Below are positions 11,791-24,704 of a stretch of 38,270 bases of DNA, one piece after another. The position numbers and the translations under genes were made by a program. Numbering within the stretch: position 1 is the first letter of the stretch; every line of letters begins with the position of its first letter. The stretch is from Macrostomum lignano. Taxonomy: Eukaryota. Where the stretch lies: positions 1-38,270 of the forward strand of contig NIVC01004030.1 of NCBI GenBank assembly GCA_002269645.1. The letters are read 5' to 3'. The notes beneath the pieces are model-generated. The model did not search any database, was not told where the DNA came from, and saw only the letters and a list, made by a program, of their open reading frames with translations.

Positions 11791-12995
11791 GAGCAAGGAC
11801 GCAGAGGCGGCAGCTGCTGACAGACTGACAGGAATTGCAAAAAAACTATACAGTGGGAAGAAGTGAGCGAAATGTTGCTTTAGTCCTCAGATGCGCCACC
11901 CCTTAGCCATGCCGAGTTCGCACCCTCCTCCCTCCCTTATCCCCCTTCCTCCCGCTCTCCCCTCCCCCCTGTGTGTGCTTGCCGGGGTGAAGGGGACGCA
12001 TTTTTTGCATTGGCTGGAAGCTGCAGCAGCAAATACCGCCTCGGGTTCAGCATATCCTCAGCCTCTCTCTCTCTGCTCACCGCCCATTCAGTAATAAGCT
12101 GCTGTTGCTGCTAGGCCCCTCAGTGGGGAGGGTGGCACCCAATGGTGGGCTAAGGGTAGGCAGGGACGGAGAAGAAATGAAACGAAAGACAATAGAAAAG
12201 CAAGGCGGTCTTTAAGTGGGCGAGGAATGCAGCAAGAGATGATGAGGGAGGAAGAAGAAGATGTCTCTTTGACAAGAAGACAAGAACAGGTACAAGATGA
12301 AGGATATAGATTTGCTAATCTGTTGCCAGACCAGGCCGTCTTCTAGAGGAGACCCGCGTTCTCCCCCTCCACCTGGCTTCTTGTTTTCTTCCCGTCCCGG
12401 ATTTTTTCTGCTTCTGGAAGCGGAGGGAACGGCTGCAGGAGGTTACAATAGTGCAAGCGAGTGTAAACAGGGTAGAGGGCAAACACTGGGCTATGGCAAC
12501 TCAGCCAGGTGGTCTCGCACTCTCCCCTTTCCCTCTGGGTATCGTTTGCTTTTCCCTCTCTTTTCCTGTGCCTCCGTTTCCCTACAACTCTCCGGAACTC
12601 GAAGCCGGTGACTCGGCGGCTGTCTAATCCGTCTAAATTTCTCGTTTCATGGATCTCTACATCATCTAATCTTTGTTACTTGGATACTTTTGAAGGGCTC
12701 AAGCAATTACTGAAAAAACTGAGAGAGGGGGAGACGGAAGAGTAGTCCTCAAACCCCGAAGCACTGAGGCCGTAACGCAGATGTATAAGCAAAGTGACGA
12801 TATTTCGAATATTCTATGCTCTTCCTCAGGACTGACACTGACGCGAATACTCGTATTTTTAAGCCAGGTGTTCTCCGATGTAAAGGCGAGAAACTGAGAG
12901 TTCGATGGGTGAGTGGGGAGTGCGCAAATGTAAATTAAAAACGTGCGCAGACACTGTGCACATCAGAATTAGTCGGAGACTCTGAAGAGCCTAAT

Positions 12996-13550
12996 GAGTG
13001 AGGGGAGAGGAGGAGAGAGGGGAGAGAGGAGGGGAGAGAGGAGTGGACAGAGGAGGGGAGAGAGAGGAAGGAACAGAGGAGGGGAGAGAGGAGGGGAGAG
13101 AGGGAACAGAGGAGGGGAGAGAGGGAACAGAGGAGGGGAGAGAGGGAACAGAGGAGGGGAGAGAGGGAACAGAGGAGGGGAGAGAGGCAACAGAGGAGGG
13201 GAGGGAGGGAACAGAGGAGGGGAGAGAGGAGGCGAGAGAGGAGGCGAGAGAGGAGGCGAGAGAGGAAGGAACAGAGGAGGAAAGAATGGAGGAGAGCGAG
13301 AGAGGAGGGGAGAGAGGAGGGGAGAGACGAGGGAACAGAGGAGGGGAGAGAGGAGGGGAGAGAGGGAACAGAGGAGAGAGAGGCAGAGAGGAGGGGAGAG
13401 AGGCAACAGAGGAGGGGAGAGAGAAGGAGAGAGAGGCGAGAGAGTAGAGGGGAGAGGGAAGTAGGCGAAGGGAAAGAGAGAGGAGGGGAGAGAGAAGAGG
13501 GAGAGGAGGGGATGGGAGAGAGAAGAGAGGGGAGGGGGTGAGATAGGAGA
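12996..13550. repeat. GA-rich ~21-bp low-complexity array (AGAGGAGGGGAGAGAGGGAAC)n
   Basis: A purine-only tandem repeat with degenerate units. Confidence 0.95.
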
Positions 13551-14859
13551 GGAGTTAAAAAGAAAAGAGAAGAGTCACAAACCCGGAGCGGGCCGGATCG
13601 CTATTGTGAAGTTTCAAAGGACCCGAGGGCCGGCACACCCCAGATTTACAAGCTCAAGATTCGCCAGTCGCTCTTCTAGCTTGAAAAATTTCCATTTTAG
13701 AGCTTGTGAAGCTTCGCTCCAACGAAAGTAACAAGCAGGACTTCTCGACGATGCCCCTAACCTGGCAAGAGTTCACTAAATGAGTGAACTCTTTTTTTTT
13801 GGTCTGCTGGTTACCAAAGATCCGGAACTCGGTTTTCAGGGCGGTGTGGCCGCATTTAATTCTGGGGTGGTAGCTTCTTCTGCAGTCCTCGTGAGCCCTT
13901 TTGTGCAAAACTGCGCGAGGCCTCAGGAGAGCCTAATTCTAATCCTAATCCTAATCCTAATTCTAATCGATACGGCACAGTTATTGTCCATTTCTTCACT
14001 TTTATTCTGCAGCAAACAAGCAAACCAGAAATAAATTTATTGTTGAAGGCGAGGGTTAAAAAATAGTAATATTTCAACGTGTCTAACATTGACCACTATA
14101 TAGTTGAGAAGAGTCGAGCTTATTAGCTGGCGACTTATAAAAATCGATAATTTTCAATCAAGAATTATAAAGGCACTGCAACAACCTCCCCTCCTCGCAT
14201 CCCTTTCTCCCCCTTTCTCTGTAAGTTTTCTTTCGTTTCTCCTCTTTAAAATGGACCAGAATTTCTAGCCATCAGCTCTTCCACCCTTCCTCGGCTAACC
14301 GCGGCCCTGAAAGTCAAGCGAATCTGCTGAAGTGTTGCAAATGAAAATAGAAATAGTGAAAGTGCACTATTCCTATTCAGTATGTATTATATTATACAAT
14401 AAGTTGGAGCCGCGCCCGACCCAAGTGTCGACTCAATCACGCGTGGAAGAATTAGAAACAGTTATAGACGAGAGCCTCACCTCAACTTGGTGGGGCGCGC
14501 CTTCGGCTTTTGCCCTTCTTTCGCCACACCATGGTACTCTTACCTCTCTGCCGACTGTCCCCTGGGGCCAACGAGCTTCGATCTTTGCTGGCTGGTAGAT
14601 CATTCTGCTTCTGGCGGGGGGGGTCGTAGCGCTCGTCCTACTCTACTATGCTCTGCTTTCAGGGCATTCGATTTCCCCGTCAAAGTCGCTGCTCCCTCCC
14701 TTCCCAACAGCGGGAAAAGAATCAGTGCAGCCTGCGCCGATTGAAATGCCGGCAGCGCCACCCAATTTCCGCTCAGTTTTGACAAGTAAAAGCGGTGCGA
14801 ATCGTGCAACACTGTTAGAGAATCGACCCGGATATCGGAGAGAACATCCGGCAGGCAAC

Positions 14860-15300
14860 CGGGATTCTCAGAGGCCTGTCGTGCGATTCAACAGCTATGA
14901 GGGACAACCCCCAAGGCACAGAGAGTGCACACACATTCCTGACAATTAGAAAGTACATTATTGGCGCGCTTGTATGCGCTCCCCAAGGCACAGAGACTGC
15001 ACACACATTCCTGACAATTAGAAAGTACATTATTGGCGCGCTTGTATGCGCTCCCCAAGGCACAGAGACTGCACACACATTCCTGACAATTAGAAAGTAC
15101 ATTATTGGCGCGCTTGTATGCGCTCCCCAAGGCACAGAGAGTGCACACACATTCCTGACAATTAGAAAGTACATTATTGGCGCGCTTGTATGCGCTCCCC
15201 AAGGCACAGAGACTGCACACACATTCCTCACAATTAGAAAGTACATTATTGGCGCGCTTGTATGCGCTCAAAAGTCAGCGGAATTGGCAGAATTGCCTTT
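14860..15300 (+). mobile_element. Decayed copy of the SINE at 35963-36328, with an internal tandem amplification
   Basis: ctgtcgtgcgattcaacagctatgagggacaacccccaaggcacag aligns with ctgctcgtgcaattaacggccttgagagccaaccccccaaggcgcag. Also, gcgcgcttgtatgc..agtcagcggaattggcagaattgcct aligns with gcgcgcttgtatgc..agtcggcggaatgggcagtaatgcct. Confidence 0.7.
14909..15270. repeat. 72-bp minisatellite, 5 near-identical copies
   Basis: The motif ccaaggcaca recurs at 14911, 14983, 15055, 15127 and 15199. Confidence 0.97.
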
Positions 15301-15890
15301 AGCACTTGGTCGCTGGTAATCGGCCGGGATGTCTTTTTTTGTCGAGATGACGCCTTCGCGAGTAGAGCTCTGGGCCGACTGGCAGACAAATTTCTTCCCA
15401 ATCGATGTCAGGCGTTGCTGGGGGCGCAATGAAGGACGAGTCGGGGAAGAGGCAGATCAGAAACTTGGGCCTGTGGATGGGAGACCGTGGCTCTAGGGGG
15501 ATGAGTTTCGAGCAGGGTATAGTTTGTTAAGAGAGCTGGAGGCTGGAGACACAACAGAGGCAGTTGGCACTATACCCAGATAAACTTTTTGTACGCGACG
15601 AAACATTTGCAGAAGATGTACGAAAGGACAGCGACTGAGGGAGAATGAGAACGAAATTAAATGATGAAGCGCTGCATATAGGGGAGCGGAATATTGAGAT
15701 CTGAGAGGCTGACTACAAGCTAGATGAAAGTGAATTCCCCCTAGCTAGCCGCTCCCCCGTATCATGCCAAATATAAGGAAAGAGTGAAAAAGCAGTAGTG
15801 GACAAAATTTCCATTAAAAAGCTTTTAATGGCTTTTCTAACTTCATTCAAAATTACCATGGATGGCTATTTGTTATCTAATACTCAAGGT

Positions 15891-16418
15891 ATCTATTGCA
15901 GATCGATGGGGGTATTTATTGCTTATCCATTGCAGATCGGGGGGTATTTAATGCTTATCTATTGCAGATCGGGGGGTATTTAATGCTTATCTATTGCAGA
16001 TCGTGGGTTATTTAATGCTTATCTATTGCAGATCGATGGGGTATTTATTGCTTATCTCTTGCATATCGATGGGGGTATTTATTGCTTATCTCTTGCATAT
16101 CGATGGGGGTATTTATTGCTTATCTCTTGCAGATCGATGGGGACATTTATTTCATATCTATTGCAGATCGTGGGTTATTTAATGCTTATCTATTGCAGAT
16201 CGATGGGGGTATTTATTGTTTATCTCTTGCATATCGATGGGGTATTTATTGCTTATCTCTTGCATATCGATGGGGTATTTATTGCTTATCCATTGCAGAT
16301 CGATGGGGGTATTTATTGCTTATCTCTTGCAGATCGATGGGGGTATTTATTGCTTATCTCTTGCAGATCGATGGGGGTATTTATTGCTCATCTCTTGCAG
16401 ATCGATGGGGTATTTATT
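15891..16418. repeat. 33-34-bp minisatellite (atctcttgcagatcgatgggggtatttattgctt)n
   Basis: About 16 tandem units; the G-run length varies. Confidence 0.95.
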
Positions 16419-16816
16419 GGACTTTTGTTGCAAGAAACTCAACCTTAAATTTGCTGTCTGATGAGTACTACTAATAGTAGTTCGCAGTTGGAGTTGGATT
16501 CTTATCGACAATTGATGTCAGAAATTTTTTATCGGAAAGGCAAAGGGCAGAACGGATTAAGTCGCTTTATTTGCACGGGTGCTGTTTGCAGTTGGGCGAG
16601 GCTGAGTTGCTGACTGCATGGTTTTGTGTGAGTTGCGCAAATTCGAATGGCGCATTGTTGTCAAGCCCAAAGCTCTGTTCAAATAGTTGCTACGGTGCAG
16701 CGATGTGACAAGCGGACAGATTTGGCCCCCGGGGTCTACAGCGAGGAATGCCTAAATTTTAGGCGTTCTCTTTCGGACTAACTGGGCTCCTATATGACAA
16801 TAGTAACTAATGTTGC

Positions 16817-16872
<56 letters not shown>

Positions 16873-16907
16873 CAGTTAGTTAGTCAGTTAGTTAGTCAGT
16901 TAGTTAA

Positions 16908-16976
<69 letters not shown>

Positions 16977-17009
16977 CAGTTAGTTAGTTAGTTAGTAAGT
17001 TAGTTAGTC

Positions 17010-17052
<43 letters not shown>

Positions 17053-17075
17053 CAGTTAGTTAGTCAGTTAGTTAA

Positions 17076-17118
<43 letters not shown>

Positions 17119-17121
17119 TTC

Positions 17122-17170
<49 letters not shown>

Positions 17171-17187
17171 ATTAGTTAGTTAGTTAA

Positions 17188-17250
<63 letters not shown>

Positions 17251-17252
17251 AC

Positions 17253-17299
<47 letters not shown>
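16817..17299. repeat. (TTAG)n microsatellite
   Basis: About 480 bp of TTAG with occasional TCAG and TTAA variants. Confidence 0.99.
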
Positions 17300-18073
17300 C
17301 TTTACACAAAAGTACAATTTTCAAGGTGAGCCGTGCCCCGTAAGCTCTCCAGACTCAATTGTGTCTCAGATTTCGTGTGAGCCGCACAAGCGAAGTGCCC
17401 ATTATCATCAGCTCACGCGCCAGTTCAGAGCAGCATTTCAAGCACTCCAGACAGGCTTAGAAAGCCTTCCTGTGAGTCAATTTGGCTCTCAGCGCACTGT
17501 GCCTCGAGTAGAAAAGAACGATGAAGAAAAAGCAAGCTCTGATTGCGCACTTTATACGGTTAGTTATTTTTCTCCCCATGCCAACCGTAATTAGATTGCC
17601 CCCCTAAGGCGAGCGGGGCCAGCAGATGGACAGGTTCGGTGCCAGCCACTCAGGACAGCTCACCGACTGCCACTTACTACAATATAGTAAATATGAGCTA
17701 ATGCTCAGCTTGACGGGTGGCAAATTAAGGGACAGAGAAAGACCAAGAGTGCCTTCCCGTGGAGATGATAGTGCAGTACCTCAACTGAGAGCACAATGCA
17801 ATCTCTTCTGCTCATTCCTTTCCTCTCTCATGCCTCTCCTTACCTGGTCTGCTTCTGCTCCCCCCGTTGGCGCCCCAAATTTCTATAGCAGCGCCAGAAG
17901 ACATTCACTGTCGCCGTAACAGAGCTAAACTGTGCCCACTTTATGAAGGAATTTTCCTTATTGCTCACATGAAACTGCCTGAGTTCTGCACAATCTTGTC
18001 TTCCTGCAAAAGCAGATTGGTCATAAGAAATTCCACTTGCAAAACCGGTTGGCATAAAGGTTTAAAACTCCAA

Positions 18074-18833
18074 GGTTTAAAATCACTTGGACCATCACCG
18101 GAAGTGAGATTGGTTTAAAATCACTTGGACCATCACCGGAAGTGAGATTGGTTTAAAATCACTTGGACCATCACCGGAAGTGAGATTGGTTTAAAATCAC
18201 TTGGACCATCACCGGAAGTGACATTGGTTTAAAATCACTTGGACCATCACCGGAAGTGACATTGGTTTAAAATCACTTGGACCATCACCGGAAGTGACAT
18301 TGGTTTAAAATCATTTGGACCATCACCGGAAGTGACATTGGTTTAAAATCATTTGGACCATCACCGGAAGTGACATTGGTTTAAATTCAATTGGACCATC
18401 ACCAGAAGTGACATTGGTTTAAAATCACTTGGACCATCACCGGAAGTGACATTGGTTTAAATTCACTTGGACCATCACCGGAAGTGACATTGGTTTAAAA
18501 TCACTTGGACCATCACCGGAAGTGACATTGGTTGAAAATCACTTGGACCATCACCGGAAGTGACATTGGTTTAAAATCACTTGGACCATCACCGGAAGTG
18601 ACATTGGTTTAAAATCACTTGGACCATCACCGGAAGTGACATTGGTTTAAATTCACTTGGACCATCACCAGAAGTGACATTGGTTTAAAATCACTTGGAC
18701 CATCACCGGAAGTGACATTGGTTTAAATTCACTTGGACCATCACCGGAAGTGACATTGGTTTAAAATCACTTGGACCATCACCGGAAGTGACATTGGTTT
18801 AAATTCACTTGGACCATCACCAGAAGTGACATT
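18074..18833. repeat. 38-bp minisatellite x20, 17 units containing ACCGGAAGTG (ETS consensus)
   Basis: Unit ggtttaaaatcacttggaccatcACCGGAAGTGacatt at a strict 38-bp period. Units 9, 16 and 20 carry ACCAGAAGTG instead. Confidence 0.97.
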
Positions 18834-18875
18834 GGTTCAGGATCACCAGTACAATAACCAGAAATAGTACCGCAA

Positions 18876-19046
18876 ATGCAGGTAAGTGTACAATCCAGAG
18901 CTCCGGTCGTGGTCAGCCTTCTGAGCTGGTTTTGCTGCCTTCTCGTGTCGGGCCAGCTGACGACGGAGCAGCAGCAGGCGGCCCTCGACTTTCACAACGA
19001 ACTGCGGGCATCGGTAGTGCCGACTGCGGCTAATATGCGAATGCTG
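18876..19046 (+). CDS. CAP/SCP (CRISP/GLIPR-like) protein, exon 1: signal peptide and start of the CAP domain
   Basis: MQVSVQSRAPVVVSLLSWFCCLLVSG is followed by LTTEQQQAALDFHNELRASVVPTAANMRML (the HN..R..V.P.A.NM motif). Phase-0 donor GTGAGT at 19047. Confidence 0.85.
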
Positions 19047-19129
19047 GTGAGTCAGCATCTTCATCTGCTCATTGGCTTCTTTTATTGCGTAGAAGATTGC
19101 TCTAATAGAGAGTGGTTCAGCTGTATGGT

Positions 19130-19663
19130 AGAGAGAGAGGGTTCCGTTGTAAGAGAGAGGCTTCAGTTGTAGGGTAGAGAGAGGGTTCCGCTGTAGGGTA
19201 GAGAGAGGGTTCCGCTGTAGGGTAGAGAGAGGGTTCCGCTGTAGGGTAGAGAGAGGGTTCCGTTGTAGGGTAGAAAGAGGGTTCCGCTGTAGGGTAAAGA
19301 GAGGGTTCCGCTGTAGGGTAGAGAGAGGGTTCCGCTGTAGGGTAGAGAGAGGATTCCGCTGTAGGGTAGAGAGAGGATTCCGCTGTAGGGTAGAAAGAGG
19401 GTTCCGCTGTAGGGTAAAGAGAGGGTTCCGCTGTAGGGTAGAGAGAGGATTCCGCTGTAGGGTAGAGAGAGGGTTCCGCTGTAGGGTAAAGAGAGGATTC
19501 CGCTGTAGGGTAGAGAGAGGGTTCCGCTGTAGGGTAGAGAGAGGATTCCGCTGTAGGGTAGAGAGAGGATTCCACTGTAGGGTAAAGAGAGGATTCCGCT
19601 GTAGGGTAGAGAGAGGGTTCCGCTGTAGGGTAGAGAATGGGCTCCGCTGTAGGGTAGAGAGGG
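19130..19663. repeat. 24-bp minisatellite (ccgctgtagggtagagagagggtt)n in CAP intron 1
   Basis: About 22 tandem units. Confidence 0.96.
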
Positions 19664-19732
19664 TTATGCTATATGATAAAAAGAACTTTCGCTGTAAGCT
19701 GCTTCTCTAATCTGCGCCACGCTCCGCCCCAG

Positions 19733-19966
19733 GCGTGGTCCAGCCGTCTGGCCAGCCTGGCGCAGGCCGCGGCAGACAAGTGCATCTTCGAGCACAACTA
19801 CGGAGGCGACTACGCGGGCCTGGGCGAGAATCTGTACATGGGCGGCGCGGACATCAAATCGGCGATCATGCTTTGGTACACCGAGGGCGAGAATTACAAT
19901 TTCGCTACTGGCTCGTGCAGTCCCGGACGATATCCATCGTATACAACCTGTGGCCATTGGAGCCAG
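19733..19966 (+). CDS. CAP protein, exon 2
   Basis: ccccAG|AWSSRLASLAQAAADKCIFEH..GENLY..AIMLWYTEGENYNF..CGHWSQ|GTAG. The exon is 234 nt, phase 0-0, and carries CAP motifs. Confidence 0.92.
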
Positions 19967-20107
19967 GTAGGCAGCTTTGTACTCTTGTTGCTGCTAGAGA
20001 CCATTTTATGCTCATTGTAAGACATCAAACTCAGATCGAAATCCAACACACTACCGGTAAACGTGAGTATCTCTGTACAGCAGATTATTCTTGCCCGTCC
20101 TTCGCAG

Positions 20108-20193
20108 GTTGTCAAAGCCAGCGTTTCGAGCGTTGGCTGCGGTCTGAAGAACTGCGGTGGCTCCAGCTTGATCGTCTGCGAGTACAATTCTGG
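20108..20193 (+). CDS. CAP protein, exon 3
   Basis: ttcgcAG|VVKASVSSVGCGLKNCGGSSLIVCEYNSG|GTGAG. It completes GHWSQVV and the VGCG..C..VC.Y motif, and ends in phase 2. Confidence 0.9.
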
Positions 20194-20210
20194 GTGAGGG
20201 ACTGTCTGTT

Positions 20211-20521
<311 letters not shown>

Positions 20522-20877
20522 CCACGACTATAAAAGTACATCATAGGAATAGTCACATGATCAAGGTCGCATATTGTTGGCTTCAGGGGATAATCTTTCT
20601 CAGAGAACTGATGTCTGTCAATCTCCAGACAAGACAGGCATATCAAATTCATTTTCTCCGAATCTTTGCTGTTGCTGTGTGATAATTAACTGCATTTGTC
20701 AACATCATGTGATTTAAAAAAGGATTTTATTGATCATCCCGTGTTTGAATGGTAAGAATAAGAAAAAAATGGCGGTTCTGATTACAAACAAATATTTCTT
20801 TCTGATTAATGAATTCTATCTCTGGGTAGGATTCTTTTAGCGCACTGAATGACCCTGTAATTACCCTGTAATTGGAG

Positions 20878-21662
20878 TCCCTGACTACCCCCAGAACACA
20901 CCCTGGCGTCCCTGACTACACCCAAAACACACCCTGGCGTCCCTGACTACACCCAGAACACATCTGGCGTCCCTGACTACACCCAGAACACACCTGGCGT
21001 CCCTGACTACACCCAGAACACACCTGGCGTCCCTGACTACACCCAGAACACACCTGGCGTCCCTGACTACCCCAAGAACACACCTTGCGTCCCTGACTAC
21101 ACCCAGAACACACCTGGCGTCCCTGACTACACCCAGAACACACCTGGCGTCCCTGACTACACCCAGAACGCACCTGGCGTCCCTGACTACACCCGGAACA
21201 CACCTGGCGTCCCTGACTACCCCAAGAACACACCTGGCGTCCCTGACTACACCCAGAACACACCTGGCGTCCCTGACTACACCCAGAACACACCTGGCGT
21301 CCCTGACTACACCCAGAACACACCTGGCGTCCCTGACTACACCCAGAACACACCTGGCGTCCCTGACTACACCCAGAACACACCTGGCGTCCCTGACTAC
21401 ACCCAGAACACACCTGGCGTCCCTGACTATCCCCAGAACACACCTTGCGTCCCTGACTACACCCAGAACACACACATTGCGTCCCTGACTATCCCCAGAA
21501 CACACCTGGCGTCCCTGACTACCCCCAGAACACACCTGGCGTCCCTGACTACACCCAGAACACACCTGGCGTCCCTGACTACACCCAGAACACACCTGGC
21601 GTCCCTGACTACACCCAGAACACACCTGGCGTCCCTGACTACACCCAGAACACACCTGGCGT
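20878..21662. repeat. 30-bp minisatellite (ccctgactacacccagaacacacctggcgt)n in CAP intron 3
   Basis: About 26 tandem units. Confidence 0.97.
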
Positions 21663-21790
21663 CATTGACAGCACGCATTACTGCTTGTTATGACTCGAGC
21701 TTAGTCTATGGTTTTACGATCTTAATTGTAAACGCCAGATCTAGCCCGTAAGTGTCCCCAACATCAGGTAAATCTGCTCCTTTGTTGCAG

Positions 21791-21918
21791 CGAGGCTCAG
21801 CCGCCCTATACGACAGGCAAGCCGTGCTCGCAGTGCCCCTACTACGCAATGTACTGCTACAGAGGTCTCTGCCTGACCAGCGCACAACGCAGCGCCCTGA
21901 CAAATCCGTCAAATGCAG
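21791..21918 (+). CDS. CAP protein, exon 4: Cys-rich hinge
   Basis: tttgttgcAG|(G)EAQPPYTTGKPCSQCPYYAMYCYRGLCLTSAQRSALTNPSNA(G)|GTGAG. This is the CRISP/GLIPR hinge PY..G.PCS.CP...C...LC. Phase 2 in, phase 1 out. Confidence 0.88.
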
Positions 21919-24704
21919 GTGAGACAAAAAACCAAAGTGGCTGTTTGTTGATTTCATAGCCACAGTAATGAGAGAAAAACAATGTAACCGTCATAAAAGT
22001 CGGGGGTTTTAATATAGATAGCTGATATGTCATTGTCGTTGACTCCAGATTGATTGTAGTCACCATTAGAGGGGCCAATTGGCAAATACGAACGTGTTTT
22101 AATATGGCGCGATTTCTTATAAGCACGCTAAACTGCCTACTTTTAATCAGTAGACGTTTCAGCTCATTAATAGTATTAGTTTTGCTAACTTGCTAAGACG
22201 CCAAGTAAACGCTGCGTTTCGCCCCCATACTTCCCATTTTTGAGTCCGGTGGCCGGATCGGGTGTGGGGTGGGGGTTCGGGACAAAGCCGCGGACTCGGA
22301 AGTAAAGCTCAGCGGAGCAGAAAGAAGTGTGGCGGATGAGTCAGAGCTTCTGCAGCTACTCCCTCTCTTGAAGGGGGGGCAGGGGCTGAAAGAGCTTTGA
22401 AAATGGAAAGCTTTGTCTTCCGGCGTTATTGAACGGAAGCGAGGAAATACATACAGAGAATGAAGAAAACTTCTTCTAAAGAAAAAATCAGATTATCTGC
22501 CCTACTAGAACCAACGGAAGGTGTTATGCCTACCGATAGCGGAAGCACTTTCATTTACCAAGGGGAGTAGCTGGGGGCATCCAAAGAAGGGTGGAAAAAA
22601 CTATGGCAGCCAAACTGAATAAGCGCCCCCTTTGTAGCAGCTGTGGCGCCCCTTAATGCTGGGTGCTCCCACGATAGCGCCCCAAGATGGCGCCTCCCTC
22701 TGACTATTGCCCGCTGCATTTACCATCATAAAACGCGATATAGTAAACACAAATGATAAACGTATTTTGTTTACAAATCACCAACAAAAATATAAACAAA
22801 TATCTGAATACGCAAAACTGATCTGTCCAAGCAGCATGCATTGGAGAGACCTTGAAATTTACGCTAGCAAAATTGAAAAAATAACCTAATGCCTGCATAA
22901 TAGGCGATCCCAGGGGACCCTCTGATGGGGCGGAGGCTGGGGCGGGAACTCAGACAGGCTTAACCGAGACGAATGCCTCCATGGAATTTCCTCGGCCAGC
23001 TTCCACCATCTACCTATACTGCTTCCTGCCTTCTCAGGTGAAAATTTCTAACCCTCCTCAGGCGACCGGGTTCTGCTACCTCAGAAAGGGAAAAGCAAAT
23101 GTAGAATAATGGGGAGGCGGGTGAGCGGGCAGGGTGGGGGCAATTTTTCGATCCGGAATCCCCGCCGCCAACCACCTCACCAGCGTGCGGATGAATTTCC
23201 CACTTTGTCCCGCCAAGGCCCTTTTTTCTCCTTCGAGGGGGGGGCTCCCGAGGTCCGAGCGGCTATTTCCACTTCCCGCTTGTCAGTCAGCCCATCTCCT
23301 ACCTCCAAGTCCCAGTAAATGAGGAAGGAGAGATGGATTAAGTAGAGAGAATCTGGGAGGGGACCAGAGAGCTAAAGCAGCATATTATCCATCCTCTCAG
23401 CAGCTTCCAAAGCTCCCCATCTCGGTATGGGGGAAGGATTGCCTAACTCAGCTGCTTCCTTCTGCACACGCTCAGGTATCCGGAATGGGGGATTCGGAGG
23501 ATGGGGTGGGGCTAGCCAAAAGCCTGGCTGTGGCCGGGAGAGGAAGTGGATCGGCCCTCCCGCCACTACGTTTCCCTCCAGCTTCCTCCCAGTCGCATTT
23601 CCTCTTCTCTTCCTCTTAGTCCAGCACCGGCAGTTTCCTCCTCCGACCTCCGGCCCGGGCCCAAGGATCCCAAGGCTTTTTTGTGATCTCCTAAACCCAC
23701 CCCATCGCCCAGTTTCCTTCCTTCCTCTTACCCTCATCTTCCGCCCGTATAAGTCGTATACTATATACATATACTTACATATACTATATACTTACATACA
23801 TAAAGGTCCTACCCCCAACCTCCTAGGCCCCATCTCTTTCCGCTCCCTTTCGGAGGTTGGTTTGGGGAGGATGCGGAAAAAGAATGGGGGGGCTGTGAGA
23901 CTCGCCATTAAGACCCAGACCCAGATTCCGTCTCCTCAGCCTCTCCAATGCCCAACTCTCCGCAGTCTCCTCTCGGTGTAACCCTTCGGAGTTCTGAACT
24001 GAACCCTCCCGTCGTGCATCTATCAGCCTATCTAACCCTCCGGGCTCGTCCTATTGGATTGCGGGTAGGCTGCGTGGATCAGGGTTTGGGGGAGGGAGGT
24101 GAAAAACCTTCGCTCACTCACGCTCACACACGTCAGCCACGGCTGCCACGCCACGCGACGCGACAGGCCACCTCAGCTTTTCTCTCGTTCTCTCTCTCTT
24201 CTCTCTCGCGCGCCCCCATCCACCCACACACCCACTGGCTGGCGCTATACATTTCATTAGATAGCACGGAGAGAGAGGAGGGCGCAGGGGTGTCAGAGAG
24301 GACGGGGCAGGAATAAAAACGGTCTTTCCTTGGCTTGGGTTGTAAAGGCCAAGGTGGGGGAGGGGGCGAAGGAGAGAGGCGACGGGGGGAGAGGGGTGTG
24401 TGGAGGGGTGACGTTTTAGAAGCCCCCCCCGCCCCGCACGCATTGAAGGCAAGCGTCGCGTGGGGAGGTTGGGGTTGTTTGCAGCGGAGGTAGGGTTGGC
24501 TGGGGGTCTAGCAGAGAGAAAGGACAAGAGCATAGCGGAGGCTAAAAAGGAAAGGAAAGGGAGAGAGGAGGGGTACACGCGGACGCGTACAGCAGGAAGC
24601 GTATGGCTCATGTGCTCCGGCGCTTCCTGCCTCAACTGCCCTAGCCAAAGCTCTCTTTCTTGCCTCCCTCACCCAGACCAACCCTCCCCCTCAGTTCGGG
24701 CCTG

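Noticed and set aside
13933-13968. Telomere-like (CTAATC/CTAATT)6 tract
   Set aside because: Only six imperfect hexamers that are not TTAGGG; an ordinary short microsatellite.
1-18833. Regularly spaced 66-, 72- and 38-bp repeats that superficially resemble CRISPR arrays
   Set aside because: The units are head-to-tail with no unique spacers, there are no cas genes, and the context is eukaryotic and intron-containing.
20587-20593. Alternative CAP terminal exon after cttcAG (would give YNSGG*)
   Set aside because: The exon at 21791 supplies the conserved Cys-rich hinge in the correct phase and is much better supported.
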